A stretch of DNA of 64,000 nucleotides from Escherichia phage pinkbiff. A model generated the notes under the pieces. It worked only from the letters and a program-made list of their open reading frames with translations, had not been told where the DNA came from and searched no databases. The position numbers and the translations under genes were made by a program. Shown one piece after another: positions 52,211-63,449 of the stretch (positions are counted from its first letter, which is position 1; each line of letters opens with the position of its first letter). Location: sequence record MN850603.1; one strand, 5' to 3'.

Positions 52211-54170
52211 CTGCATCCTCACTTAATACAGGTGGAATCGTTGAGCTTTGACGCTGCTCTTCAGTATAGACTTCACCAGTCTCACGGTCAAACACTTCAT
52301 CCTCATAATGTGGCAAAGAGTCATCGTAATGGTCTTCCGCTTCACCAATACCAAACTGTTGGCGAATATTTTCTGCTGCACCATCAATGTCAACTCCACA
52401 ACCCGATGCTTTGATAAGACGTCCTGTATCTGGATTGTACCAAGTATGACCAGCAATACCTGTTGACTTACCATGACGACGACATTTAGTTAGCTTGATT
52501 TTTGTCAAGTTTTTCTTAACAGGGTCTGGGTCAACCTTGTTACGCATTAACAGGATGTTGTTCATAGAAATCTGGAAATACGCACCAGAGCCTTTAATAT
52601 CCTCTTCAGAGATATCCCCACCTTCAGAGTTAGCCTTCTGACCACCTGCACTCTTACGAACGTGACAGACGTTCACCTGTGCATACTGGTAGCGTTTGCA
52701 ACGACGCAATAGCTCAGACAAAACTTCCTCTTCATCCGTATCTGAACGTGACAGAGCCAACGTAATAGGGTCAAGAATAATAATCTTACAGTCTAAACTA
52801 TTAACAAGATAGTCAACAAATTCCAGCAAGTTATCTTGGTCAATTGCCCCTTGATGGTCAACGATGTGGATACGACGACCTTTAGACAGTTCTGCGTGTG
52901 CCTCCTTCAATTCATCCCAATCACGTTCATCATAAGGAATCTCAGAAATCTGCTTGCTAAGGTGGATTGCACAGAGCATCTCCATCAACTCTTCATAGGT
53001 ATCTTCTACAGGAATTACACCAATATTGTAATCGGTATCTTTCCAAGCAGTATAAATCATTTCACGAGTGTATGCTGATTTACCCACTGAAGATGGTGCT
53101 GCCAGCGTTGTAATCTCACCTAAACCGTAACCGCCATAAGTCAGCCTGTTCAAATCTCCGAAAGATTCTGGGAAAGGAATCAATGGAATCTGACCACGAT
53201 TCTTCATTGCCTCAAAACCATCTGCGAAGTTCTTGATACCAGCAGGACAGTAACGAGGTGCATTGTAGATACGCTGCTTAAATCCTTCCAGAACTGTATC
53301 TTTCTCTTTATAGAACTTTGTCCACCATTCATTAAGGTCTTTTACACCTTCTGGATACTGGAATAAACGAACCTTCTCAATAGGTAGGATACCAGCAGCT
53401 TCTTTGGTAGCTTTAGCACCTGCTTCATCGTTATCAAAGCACAAGTAAATCTCATCAAATGATGTGATGTACTGATAGTTGTCTTTGATAGACTTAATGT
53501 TTGCACCCGATGGAACAGATACGTGACAGTAATTCTTACGACGAGATTTGTCCTTAATCGCAAGAGAAGTCATATAGATTGCTGTCGCACATTCCATCTC
53601 ACCTTCCCAGATGAATAGACGGTTACCCCCTTCTGGAGCAATCCATGAACCGAACATTGCCAGTTCACCTTTAATGTCTCCAACACCACCTGAGAAGTCT
53701 TTTAACTTACCACGTAGGTGCTCTTTTGGATGGTCTTCTGGATAACGGTGACGAACACGGTAGCCAACATGTTCTAACTTACCATCTTCATTGCGTTTGT
53801 AAGTTGGGTAGAAATGTGCGTCAATTTCACCATCGCTGTCAATGTCTACCTTGATACCTAAACGCTCAAGAACTTTTGCAGGAATCTTCCTGTCTTTTAA
53901 GTCCATTGCTTCAAGGTTTTCTTTTACATCGTCTAAATCCATTCCACGGAAAGTACGGTTTTTATTGTCTGAACCAGTAGAATAAGTGCTCACGATTTGT
54001 CCTTTATCAAAGTCCCACTCTGGGAAACCTTTGTTACAACTAAAGCAAGTCATCGAATAAGAATCATCGTCATGATGATAGATTGAACCAGCATCTGATG
54101 AACCACAACGTGGACATGCACAATGACCAATAAACTGACCAGCCTCTTTCAATTTACGACCTTTAGACAT
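52185..54170 (-). CDS. DNA primase-helicase (zinc ribbon, TOPRIM, DnaB-like helicase)
   Basis: N-terminal C-P-R-C ... C-F-S-C zinc ribbon, TOPRIM D-N-D-E-A-G, Walker A G-L-G-E-I-T-T-L-A-A-P-S-S-V-G-K-S. Confidence 0.85.
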   Translation of the reverse strand: MSKGRKLKEAGQFIGHCACPRCGSSDAGSIYHHDDDSYSMTCFSCNKGFPEWDFDKGQIVSTYSTGSDNKNRTFRGMDLDDVKENLEAMDLKDRKIPAKVLERLGIKVDIDSDGEIDAHFYPTYKRNEDGKLEHVGYRVRHRYPEDHPKEHLRGKLKDFSGGVGDIKGELAMFGSWIAPEGGNRLFIWEGEMECATAIYMTSLAIKDKSRRKNYCHVSVPSGANIKSIKDNYQYITSFDEIYLCFDNDEAGAKATKEAAGILPIEKVRLFQYPEGVKDLNEWWTKFYKEKDTVLEGFKQRIYNAPRYCPAGIKNFADGFEAMKNRGQIPLIPFPESFGDLNRLTYGGYGLGEITTLAAPSSVGKSAYTREMIYTAWKDTDYNIGVIPVEDTYEELMEMLCAIHLSKQISEIPYDERDWDELKEAHAELSKGRRIHIVDHQGAIDQDNLLEFVDYLVNSLDCKIIILDPITLALSRSDTDEEEVLSELLRRCKRYQYAQVNVCHVRKSAGGQKANSEGGDISEEDIKGSGAYFQISMNNILLMRNKVDPDPVKKNLTKIKLTKCRRHGKSTGIAGHTWYNPDTGRLIKASGCGVDIDGAAENIRQQFGIGEAEDHYDDSLPHYEDEVFDRETGEVYTEEQRQSSTIPPVLSEDADDCPFETE

Positions 54171-54363
54171 TAGCACCTCTTCGTTGTAGTTCTGCTTTTA
54201 ATCCATTTTCAATCTTGTCCAGTTCATGAATTTCATCTGCAATCTCTTTCCTTCGTGATTCAACTCTCTTAAGACGTTCAATCATTACCTCATTGGAAAG
54301 AGATGAGAGTTCCACTAAACGGTGGTCAATAACTTTAAAATTGTCTTTTACTCTCATCTTCAT
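54163..54363 (-). CDS. hypothetical coiled-coil protein (66 aa)
   Basis: ATG 54363. Confidence 0.5.
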   Translation of the reverse strand: MKMRVKDNFKVIDHRLVELSSLSNEVMIERLKRVESRRKEIADEIHELDKIENGLKAELQRRGANV

Positions 54364-54371
54364 TCTCTCTT

Positions 54372-55115
54372 TTAAATCTTCAGGATGGCTCTTAGTTTGC
54401 TCTCAAGGTCTTCAAGAGTACCATTATTATGAATAATGTCACGCGCATATTTGGTAGAAATCCCATTTTCTGAAACATGTGATGAAACTTTATCCATATT
54501 GTTTCTTTTTACTTCAATAGTTTGGTGTGCAAATCTACTCAGCCATTCAGCTTCAGAGTCAAATCTTAAATCACTGATTAAAACAACACCCTCTTGATTT
54601 CTAAGTGAACAAATATCAAAGAAGTTTACCATTCGTTTTTCGAGGTCTTTAGCCCAGAACTTGTCACCCATAACTTTACGGATAACTTCAGTGCCCCAAA
54701 TCTGTTGAATTTGTCTTGATGAGAATTTATACTTGTTGCTAAATCCCAGGCGTGTTAATAGGGTCGGTTTAGCAACCTTCTTAAGCTCCATGATTAATCG
54801 TCCGGTTAGTTCTGACATAAGCTTAAAATCCATATGGTAACGTTCACCTTTGAAGGTAAACTCCATAGCTTCAGTCACTTTGAACATCAGTTCAGGATAT
54901 GATAAGTCAAAAACCTGTGGAGTCTCTTTAGTTTCACCATACAGGTCATTCCAAGTCAGGTCAAATATCCTTGATGCAGATAGCTTAAGGTTGTCTGCAT
55001 AGGCCATTACTGCAACATTGTAGCCGTATTCATCCTCTAAGATATTTTTCACAATAGAACATGAGGTGTCTTTTCCAGAACGTGCCTTTCCAGTAAATGC
55101 GATAATATTACTCAT
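54372..55115 (-). CDS. deoxynucleoside monophosphate kinase-like P-loop kinase
   Basis: N-terminal I-I-A-F-T-G-K-A-R-S-G-K-D-T P-loop as in T4-type dNMP kinases. Confidence 0.62.
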   Translation of the reverse strand: MSNIIAFTGKARSGKDTSCSIVKNILEDEYGYNVAVMAYADNLKLSASRIFDLTWNDLYGETKETPQVFDLSYPELMFKVTEAMEFTFKGERYHMDFKLMSELTGRLIMELKKVAKPTLLTRLGFSNKYKFSSRQIQQIWGTEVIRKVMGDKFWAKDLEKRMVNFFDICSLRNQEGVVLISDLRFDSEAEWLSRFAHQTIEVKRNNMDKVSSHVSENGISTKYARDIIHNNGTLEDLESKLRAILKI

Positions 55116-55142
55116 TTTATCCCCATTAATTACTAAAAAGCC

Positions 55143-55170
55143 CCCAACTAAGGAGGCTTGTAAAATTTAT
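55143..55170 (-). terminator. rho-independent terminator
   Basis: Minus strand: AGCCTCC-TTAGTT-GGGGGCT followed by TTTTTAGT (same stem as the 17716 terminator). Confidence 0.6.
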
Positions 55171-55176
55171 AAAGAC

Positions 55177-55977
55177 TTAGTGCAGTTGCTCAGCAGACTC
55201 TTTTTCAGCCATAGCTGAGAGTTGCTTCACAAAATCATCACCGAAGTTAATGCGTAGTTTCTCTTCAATGATGGAAGCACCAATGTTCACCAAAACATCA
55301 TTGATTGCTTGCATACTGACACCACCAGTCATCTCCTCAATGAACTCAATACTCACACCCATCATCTGTGACAGTTGGACTAGCGCAACGATATTCATCA
55401 TCGTAGAGATAGCTGGAATCATCAGTGCAACTTTCACCTGAAGTGGTTCGATGTCAGCTACAGAGTCATTCTCAACAGCTTCTTCCAAAGACTCTTTAGT
55501 TTGCTGGATAATCTCTTTGATTCGTGGGTTTAATTCTTCTACGCCCCAATCAAGTTTTTCATATCGTGAAAGTTTCTCTTCCATGCGCTTCTCAAGAACA
55601 GCCATAACAGCACTCGTTGATGAGATAAGCATATCAATAATGAAATCAGTGTCCTTAGTCAGCAACAGCTCCTTATCTTCATCTGACATTCTGATATAGT
55701 CATTCTTTTGCATTTCATAAAAAATGAACTCAGCAAGTGCATCAACACCAACCGCAATAGATGCCAGAGCAAGTTTAGTGTCTGTCAACATCATATTAAC
55801 CTGTTCTGCAAAAGCACCGTTATCAGACTTGTCTTTAGGTAAGTTATAGCTTGCAGGCATAAACTGTTCTGTGTAGTTATTACCACGAAGAATCATAGCC
55901 ATGCTTTCTACGGCATTGATTAAAAATGCTTCGTCAATACCTTTTTCTTCAAGCATCTTTTCTACATCGGTATTCAT
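55177..55977 (-). CDS. hypothetical protein (266 aa)
   Basis: ATG 55977. Confidence 0.55.
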   Translation of the reverse strand: MNTDVEKMLEEKGIDEAFLINAVESMAMILRGNNYTEQFMPASYNLPKDKSDNGAFAEQVNMMLTDTKLALASIAVGVDALAEFIFYEMQKNDYIRMSDEDKELLLTKDTDFIIDMLISSTSAVMAVLEKRMEEKLSRYEKLDWGVEELNPRIKEIIQQTKESLEEAVENDSVADIEPLQVKVALMIPAISTMMNIVALVQLSQMMGVSIEFIEEMTGGVSMQAINDVLVNIGASIIEEKLRINFGDDFVKQLSAMAEKESAEQLH

Positions 55978-55978
55978 A

Positions 55979-56401
55979 TTATTTCTCTCTCAGTTGGTTA
56001 AGTTTCTTTCTAGAACATTTTAAGTTTTCGGATGAAGAAAAGTCAAGTGTCTTTTCAGAACGTGGATAATAGTGCCTATCCCAAGAAGTTTCAACATCGT
56101 TAATCAGTGACGCTAGATTACACAGGTCTGTACCACTTTGCAACCTCTTTTTAAGAGAATCTAGTAAAGCAACTGTGTCTTTAGCTTTACGTCTCGCTGT
56201 AGCAACATCTTTCATATGCTCAAATACAGAGCATTTTAAGTCATCTTCATAGTTTTCAGACAACTCTATTTCATGTTGTATATCAACCATTCTCCTGTGA
56301 TGGTGAGCATATTCCCGTTGAGCAGCAATGTCAAGTTCTTCCAACTTCTGCAAAGCTCTAACAAAGTCAGCTATGTCTGGGTGAACAAACATTTTCTGCA
56401 T
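55979..56401 (-). CDS. hypothetical protein (140 aa)
   Basis: ATG 56401. Confidence 0.55.
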   Translation of the reverse strand: MQKMFVHPDIADFVRALQKLEELDIAAQREYAHHHRRMVDIQHEIELSENYEDDLKCSVFEHMKDVATARRKAKDTVALLDSLKKRLQSGTDLCNLASLINDVETSWDRHYYPRSEKTLDFSSSENLKCSRKKLNQLREK

Positions 56402-56658
56402 GTAAGCCTCTTTTAAGTAACTATTAAGTTTTAATCTTTTATCTTAACGTATTCTATACGTTATACTTTAAAGCTTTTTAAAAGCTATTAAATAATCTTT
56501 TAAGAGTTTTAAAGTATCTGTATAGTTAAACTGTTAAGTAACCTTTTAAGTAAAAACCCACTTCGCAAAGATTAACACCTTGTCAAGTACATTGTCAACT
56601 TGCTTTTTATAATTTTTTGCAGTAATGTATGAGGTTAATGATTTTAGAGGGAGTAAAA

Positions 56659-59358
56659 ATGGAAAACGTAGATTTTAAAAACTTACATTTGGTTGGTGAT
56701 ACAGAAACTGATGGTTTACTCCTTGAGTTCACTAAAGTGCACGTAATGGCTTTCGCAGACTATAAATCTGACGAGGAAGAGCCACCTGTATGGGTCTTTA
56801 CAGATGAACCTATCCTCGGTCACAAGTACACTAAGTACATCAAAGGTGGTTTACGTGAAGGTGTTGAATTTGCGTTAAAGGCAAAACGTCTTTGCATTCA
56901 TAATGGTCTCGGTTATGACTGGTGGGTTTTCAATCACATTGCACCTGATTTATGGAACTTTGATAATCCAAAGTGTAAACCGTGGAGTAATTTCTTTCAG
57001 GACTCTCTTATCCAGTCTCGTGTTCAGTGGATGGATAGGCCAACCCCAAAGGGTTATAAAGGTGCTCATGGTTTGGCTGCATGGGGTGCTCGTGTTGGTG
57101 TCCGTAAACCAGAGATTGAACATTGGGGTGTGTGGAATGCAGAAATCTTCACTCGTGTTGTAGAAGATATCCGTATTAATGCCAAAACTAAACGGGCACT
57201 TGATAACGAGTATCTCAAGCTTAAGAAGTGTGGTATAGACACTTATGAGACTTACATGCGAGCTAAAGAGACATCTTTCTGGATGAGCCAGCAAGCTATC
57301 AATGGTTGGAAAGCTGATAAAGAGCTTATGGAGTTCCATGTAAAGGAACTTGACAAGTTGACTAATGAGCTTGCTTCAGAGGTTGAACCACATCTTCCTC
57401 CAACTATTAAGACCAAAGGTAAAGTCACTGGAGAAGAGTTTGCAAAAGCTTGGAATGAGTATGTTGAAACATTCGGTCATGCAGATGGACTGAAGAGAAT
57501 TACCAAGTACCCTAAAACAAAGTATCGTCAGCAGGTACGTAACGGTGAGATGCAGACATACGAAATCAAGCCATTTGGTAAGCCAACTACAAAGATTTTT
57601 AACATTGAAAAGAGAAATTGCTATACACCAACCAACTCTGTAACTGGTGAAGAGTACAAGGAAGGCTTTGTAGCAATGAAGGATGCTCGTGCAATTTGCA
57701 ATGAGTTGAATGCAAAGATTGGCAAGAAATGCAAAGACTGGAAGCCAGTAAAAACAGTCAAGACTGTGAAGTACTATAACAGTCACGTTGTCAATCACTT
57801 TGAACTTGAGTCAAGTCGCTACACAGGTTTGATTGATGCACCATATACACCAATTGAGTTTGAAGTTTCTCGTATGACTCAGGTAGCAGTTGTTAAAGAC
57901 TACTTGAAATCAGTTGGTTGGATTCCAGATGACTGGAACTACAAGAAAGACTCAGACGGTCGCCCTGTCAAAGTTTGTCGTTTCAAAGACAATAAAAAGA
58001 TGATTACAAAACACCCTAAGTGGCAGGAAATGGTTGAGCGGTGTGGTTTGAGTTATGTTGAACATGAAGGTGTCCAGTATATTGAGCATAACTGGTCTGT
58101 GAAGAAATACACAGATTTGCTTGAGCCTTGCTTAATCCGTACTTCACCAAAACTTACTGAATCATCTTATGATACGATTGAAGGTGAGCTTGGACAGAAG
58201 ATTGCTAAATACTACACTTTGATGCACCGACGCAGAACTATTGAGAACTCAAAGGATGATGAAAAAGGTTGGTTGAACCAGATTCGTCCTGATGGTCGCC
58301 TTAGTGCTGGTGCAATGGTGTTTGGTACTTCAACTGGACGTATGACACAATATGGTATTGTAAACGTACCGTCTGGTGCTGCTGTCTATGGAGCACCTAT
58401 GAGGGAGGTGTGGACTTGTGAAGATGGTACAGATATCATCTCCGTAGACCAAAACTCAGCCCAGCTAGTTCTTCTTTGTAACTTTATGGGTGATGAAGAC
58501 TTCACTAAAGCGGTAACTGAGGGTAAAGAGTCAGTAGAGTTCACTAAGCAAGATGATGGTAGATACTACTGTAAACATCTTGACAAGTATCTTAACCCAG
58601 AAACTGACAAGTATCTGCGTTATGATGCTGAAAATGACCTCTATGAAGTCTACACAGGGACTGATGCGCATACACTGAACAGTATTTACTTTGGTCTTAA
58701 CAAAGAAGAGGATATTGTTCGTTGCAGGGAGACACAGGATGAGGAACTTCTCCACGAGATTACAAAAGGTCGTAAGAAGAGCAAAAATGGCATCTACGCC
58801 CTGTTATTTGGAGCCGGAGACGAGAAGTTTGCAAAAACTATCAAGGCATCATCTACGGAAGAGGGTGCATTGACTAAACAAACTTACTTTGTGCGTCTAC
58901 CTAAGATTAAAAAGCTGCTTGATAGACTAGAGGAAGACTTCAAAGCAACTAAGAAAGCACTTGAAGAGGTTTTCGGAAAGACTTCTGCAATTGCAAAAGG
59001 TGGCTATATCAAGGTTGCTGGGGCGTGGTTATGGTGTAAATCTCCACATAAGTTATTGAATTACACACTTATGGGCAGTGAGGCGCAGGTGCAGAATGAG
59101 GGTATTAACTTGGCTAACAGGGAGTTAACAGAGCGCAAGCTTACAGTTCTAAATGGTAGGAAGCCAGCTATTGGTGCTAGGTGGGTCTGTAGTTACCACG
59201 ATGAGGTCTCTTTAGAGGTTCCAACCAAAGATGTACCTGATGTTAAGGAGATTATTGATAGAATGTATGGTCAAGCATCAAAAAATCTTGGATTAAAGAG
59301 TAAGACGCTTGTTACAGGCACTGGTAAGGTAGGTAAGACATGGTACGCCGTACACTAA
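56659..59358 (+). CDS. DNA polymerase, family A, with 3'-5' exonuclease domain
   Basis: Exo I L-V-G-D-T-E-T-D-G; motif B-like R-K-K-S-K-N-G-I-Y-A-L-L-F-G-A-G; motif C Y-H-D-E; ATG 56659 with GAGGGAG SD. Confidence 0.88.
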   Translation: MENVDFKNLHLVGDTETDGLLLEFTKVHVMAFADYKSDEEEPPVWVFTDEPILGHKYTKYIKGGLREGVEFALKAKRLCIHNGLGYDWWVFNHIAPDLWNFDNPKCKPWSNFFQDSLIQSRVQWMDRPTPKGYKGAHGLAAWGARVGVRKPEIEHWGVWNAEIFTRVVEDIRINAKTKRALDNEYLKLKKCGIDTYETYMRAKETSFWMSQQAINGWKADKELMEFHVKELDKLTNELASEVEPHLPPTIKTKGKVTGEEFAKAWNEYVETFGHADGLKRITKYPKTKYRQQVRNGEMQTYEIKPFGKPTTKIFNIEKRNCYTPTNSVTGEEYKEGFVAMKDARAICNELNAKIGKKCKDWKPVKTVKTVKYYNSHVVNHFELESSRYTGLIDAPYTPIEFEVSRMTQVAVVKDYLKSVGWIPDDWNYKKDSDGRPVKVCRFKDNKKMITKHPKWQEMVERCGLSYVEHEGVQYIEHNWSVKKYTDLLEPCLIRTSPKLTESSYDTIEGELGQKIAKYYTLMHRRRTIENSKDDEKGWLNQIRPDGRLSAGAMVFGTSTGRMTQYGIVNVPSGAAVYGAPMREVWTCEDGTDIISVDQNSAQLVLLCNFMGDEDFTKAVTEGKESVEFTKQDDGRYYCKHLDKYLNPETDKYLRYDAENDLYEVYTGTDAHTLNSIYFGLNKEEDIVRCRETQDEELLHEITKGRKKSKNGIYALLFGAGDEKFAKTIKASSTEEGALTKQTYFVRLPKIKKLLDRLEEDFKATKKALEEVFGKTSAIAKGGYIKVAGAWLWCKSPHKLLNYTLMGSEAQVQNEGINLANRELTERKLTVLNGRKPAIGARWVCSYHDEVSLEVPTKDVPDVKEIIDRMYGQASKNLGLKSKTLVTGTGKVGKTWYAVH

Positions 59359-59843
59359 CACTTCAAGACTACAAGGATAATTCTATTTACGACCCCGACA
59401 AAGGGGTCTTCTACAACAAGTATGACAGGAATAGACAAGCTAAAGCTGGGCAGATTGCAGGAGGTGCTGATGCTTACGGTTACAAAGTACTTAAATTCAA
59501 AGATGTCGTAATAAAAATTCATCACCTCGTTTGGTGGTTCGAACATGGTTACAAACCCACTAAGATGATAGACCACATTGATGGTAACAGAAGTAATAAT
59601 CACATTTCTAATCTTAGGGAGACTGATAAATACGGAAATGCTCAAAATAGAGTAAAGCAGACGACTAACAAATCAGGTTACAAGGGTGTATATTACTTTA
59701 AAGACTGCAATAAGTGGAGGGCAGCTATAACATGTAGAGGTAAAAGGACATCACTTGGTTTATTTGACACCCCTGAAGAAGCCCATAAAGCTTACTGTGA
59801 AGCTGCTATTAAACTCCACGGAGAGTTTGCAAAACTAAGTTGA
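59340..59843 (+). CDS. HNH homing endonuclease with AP2-type domain (167 aa)
   Basis: I-D-H-I-D-G-N-R-S-N-N-H-I-S-N-L-R, C-terminal K-S-G-Y-K-G-V ... F-D-T-P-E-E-A; overlaps the last 19 nt of the polymerase gene. Confidence 0.8.
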   Translation: MVRRTLTLQDYKDNSIYDPDKGVFYNKYDRNRQAKAGQIAGGADAYGYKVLKFKDVVIKIHHLVWWFEHGYKPTKMIDHIDGNRSNNHISNLRETDKYGNAQNRVKQTTNKSGYKGVYYFKDCNKWRAAITCRGKRTSLGLFDTPEEAHKAYCEAAIKLHGEFAKLS

Positions 59844-59894
59844 CAAGGTTCTCATGGAAGAGTACCTTATACTACATCTTATATAGGAGGGCTT

Positions 59895-60104
59895 ATGAGC
59901 CACCGTGGAAGAACCCATGCAGCGATGATGAAAGGTGCTTCAAAGGAAACTATCAAGAACCGTAAGCAGAAGTTGTTTGAGAGAATGAACAGGTTAATTG
60001 ACAATTCATCTCTTTCAGGTTCTGAGAAGGTTTTCTTGAAAGGTAATCTGAAAAGTATTGCACAAGAACTTATTGACATTGAGTATTGGAGACATCAAAA
60101 ATGA
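59895..60104 (+). CDS. hypothetical protein (69 aa)
   Basis: ATG with strong SD AGGAGGG. Confidence 0.55.
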   Translation: MSHRGRTHAAMMKGASKETIKNRKQKLFERMNRLIDNSSLSGSEKVFLKGNLKSIAQELIDIEYWRHQK

Positions 60105-60313
60105 CACTTGCAGACGTTATTCAGCAACTTCATGACAATTGCTATACTCCAGAGTTGATACAGGAGATGTCCATTGTAGTGATGCCTAGTAAGTTCGTAA
60201 AAGGTTTTAATGGTGACTCTTTAAGGTCTGCACACATCCTTATTGTTGACGGTAAGATTGCAAGAGACCGCACAGGAGTCCTTAAGGGTGAACGTATTAG
60301 TATTGGCCTCTGA
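60101..60313 (+). CDS. hypothetical protein (70 aa)
   Basis: ATGA overlap with previous stop; GGAGACA SD. Confidence 0.5.
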   Translation: MTLADVIQQLHDNCYTPELIQEMSIVVMPSKFVKGFNGDSLRSAHILIVDGKIARDRTGVLKGERISIGL

Positions 60314-60499
60314 GTATTGTGGATACCAAAATGAAACGCAAAGTAAAATTATTTAGTTTATATGGAAGAGTCGGTAAAGGTTTTGATTGGCAACTGCTAC
60401 GTTCAGATGTTAAAAGCAACGAGTTAGCACAGCTTATTATATACTACCGACGCACATACAGAGAAGTAGAACATCGTGAACAGTAATAGGAGAAGTGTT

Positions 60500-60736
60500 A
60501 TGTGGAAAGCAGTAATTGTGCTTGGTGTTATTTTTCTATCTGGCTGCAACCCTTCTTATGAAGATAAAAATGCTTCTTACAGCCTCCCACCAGAGATGCA
60601 GGATTGCAGAGTATACAAGTTACATGGTGATGCTATAAGCAGAGATATTGTTGTTGTCAGATGTCCAAACTCTCAAACAACAACATCTTACAGCTATGGC
60701 AAAAATGGACAATCACATACTACGGTTATTGAGTAA
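60500..60736 (+). CDS. putative lipoprotein (78 aa)
   Basis: Signal peptide with lipobox F-L-S-G-C; AGGAGA SD. Confidence 0.55.
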   Translation: MWKAVIVLGVIFLSGCNPSYEDKNASYSLPPEMQDCRVYKLHGDAISRDIVVVRCPNSQTTTSYSYGKNGQSHTTVIE

Positions 60737-60746
60737 GGTTTTCACG

Positions 60747-60953
60747 ATGGAAGTCCTAGTAAACTATATCTATCGTTATGATGTTGTTCACTCCACTACA
60801 ACCGTAGCTCAAGGTAATCCAATAGTTCCACGAGAAGGTGAGCTTGTTCGCATTGATGGTTGGACTTACACCGTGGAAAGCATCATTCATAAGTTTGATG
60901 TTGCTGGTGATGTTCAAGTTATTGACGTAGAAATTGGTGGTAAGAGAAAATGA
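60747..60953 (+). CDS. hypothetical protein (68 aa)
   Basis: First ATG after the lipoprotein stop. Confidence 0.45.
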   Translation: MEVLVNYIYRYDVVHSTTTVAQGNPIVPREGELVRIDGWTYTVESIIHKFDVAGDVQVIDVEIGGKRK

Positions 60954-61168
60954 CTGTAGAGGATAAATTTAAGAACGCAGTTCTTACAGAAGATGGTGAG
61001 CTTGAAACATTCATTCTTCGTGTTGATGGTAAGCTATTCCGGTGTCGCTGTGGGTCAAACTGTTTCCATAAACCAGATAAAAATGACTTAGAGCTTTACG
61101 CATGTAACGCTTGCAATACTTGGTATCACTCAGAGGTTAAAAATGACAACACTGTACAAACAAAATAA
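60950..61168 (+). CDS. small zinc-finger protein (72 aa)
   Basis: C-R-C-G ... C-N-A-C cysteine pairs; ATGA overlap. Confidence 0.5.
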   Translation: MTVEDKFKNAVLTEDGELETFILRVDGKLFRCRCGSNCFHKPDKNDLELYACNACNTWYHSEVKNDNTVQTK

Positions 61169-62246
61169 AGACGGTTCCTTCAACGTCTGGTCATGTGTTG
61201 CTGTAGGTGACAAAGTTATTACAACCTACGGTAAAGAAAATGGCAAGATGATGTTTGAAGAGTATACAGCAGAACCTAAAAACATCGGTAAAAAGAATGA
61301 GCGTAACGCTGAACAGCAAGCTCTCTTTGAAGTTGCTGCTAAGTATAAAAAGCAAGTTGACCGCAAGGGTTACGCTTACACAAAAGAGTCTGCACAGAAC
61401 ACTGAAAAGGTAGGTGTACAGCTTGCTCACGATGCTGCAAAGGTTAGCCATGCAAAGTATCTGAAGTTCCCTGCTGATGCTCAACCGAAGTTTGATGGTG
61501 TTCGTTGTAGAATTTCAAGACACTTGAGCATTGGTAGTGTATTTACAGCATACTCTCGTGAGAATACTGTTTATAAAATTCCCACTGAGCTAATACCTGA
61601 CATTATGGCAATGTTGAGGCTTCATAAAGATGTTGATGAATTTGATGGTGAGATTTATGCTCATGGGTGGGACTTAGAAGATATTGTCTCTATGATTAAA
61701 AATGAAGACAATCCTGACCGACATCTACTCAAGTTTTACTGGTACGATATCTGTGACAGTACTAAGACGTGGCCTGAGCGTAGAGATATTATTGAGACTT
61801 CACCATTGAATGATTTTAGAGACGGCTGTAAAGTTGTTCCTGTTAAATCTCGTCGTGTAAATTCTTGGGAAGAGTTTGACGAAGCTCATGATAAGTGGGT
61901 TGAAGCTAAGTTTGAAGGTGCAATGTACCGTTCAATCTCTGAAGACTCCTTCTATGAGTGTTGTCACCGTTCATACTTCTTGATTAAGCACAAGAAGATG
62001 CACACTGAAGAGTTTAAAGTGACTGGTGTCAAGACCGATAAGCGTGGTCATGGTAAGTTCGTTGTAGAGACTCTTCCTAACGTCTTTGTAGACGTCTCAT
62101 GGAAGACTACCCATGAGAAGAAACAGTATCTTGCTGAGCACCCTGATGAGTTTATCGGGAAGCCTTTAACGGTTCAGTTCCAGAAGATGACTCGTAAGGG
62201 GTCTCTGCTGTTCCCTGTTGGGTTAGTTATTAGGGATTATGAATAG
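61143..62246 (+). CDS. ATP-dependent DNA ligase
   Basis: Adenylation motif I P-K-F-D-G-V-R; about 367 aa. Confidence 0.82.
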   Translation: MTTLYKQNKDGSFNVWSCVAVGDKVITTYGKENGKMMFEEYTAEPKNIGKKNERNAEQQALFEVAAKYKKQVDRKGYAYTKESAQNTEKVGVQLAHDAAKVSHAKYLKFPADAQPKFDGVRCRISRHLSIGSVFTAYSRENTVYKIPTELIPDIMAMLRLHKDVDEFDGEIYAHGWDLEDIVSMIKNEDNPDRHLLKFYWYDICDSTKTWPERRDIIETSPLNDFRDGCKVVPVKSRRVNSWEEFDEAHDKWVEAKFEGAMYRSISEDSFYECCHRSYFLIKHKKMHTEEFKVTGVKTDKRGHGKFVVETLPNVFVDVSWKTTHEKKQYLAEHPDEFIGKPLTVQFQKMTRKGSLLFPVGLVIRDYE

Positions 62247-62439
62247 TGAAAAGAGAGATTATCAAGTTTACAAATCCGGGGAGTTGTTGTCCGGTTCATG
62301 ATAAGTATCCTAGTAATACTTACAAGAATAGGCGCTCTGTTAAGAAGAGGTCACTCTTTATCAAGAAAGAGCATAGGCATGTGAGGCGGGTCGTTAAGCA
62401 AAATCTTCATAAAACTTCATTAGAAAGTTGTTGACATAG

Positions 62440-62800
62440 GAAATTTGGTGAGTATACTGAGCAGCATAAACCAACGGGTACTCACCAGCATCACTTAAGA
62501 GTTTTTTGAAAAGGGTTTTTAAGTGATGTTCGGTATAGTCAGGTACTGTGCTGCTTGGTGAGGTGCGGCTAGGTCAGGTAAGACATGGTATGTCGAGGTG
62601 TTGTGGGGTCTGGTCAGGTATGGGTAGTTAGTCTCAGCTACATTAAAATGAGACTTACCTTTTTAAAAGGTCTTTAAATAGGGTCTTTTAATAAGGTCTG
62701 GTCGTGTCCGGTTCGGTAGTGTTGGGCTTGGCTTGGTCTGGTCTGGTAAGGGTGGATGGTAGTAGCCACGTTAAAAATCTACCAAGTTTCTAAAGAGTCT
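62440..62800. repeat. non-coding region with short direct repeats (GGTCAGGTAAG / GGTCTGGTCAGG-type) and a block also found at 63919-64000
   Basis: Repeats at about 62575, 62603, 62745; block ttttaaaaggtctttaa(a/g)(t/g)agggtcttttaataaggt at 62662-62700 recurs at 63920-63958. Confidence 0.6.
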
Positions 62801-62841
62801 TCTATTGAGGGTTCTTTACAAACAACTTAACAATCAACTAA

Positions 62842-63447
<606 letters not shown>

Positions 63448-63449
63448 TT

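Noticed and set aside
62246-62434. 62-aa basic ORF after the ligase
   Set aside because: No ATG start or SD (would need GTG); sits in a repeat-rich non-coding region; left unannotated.
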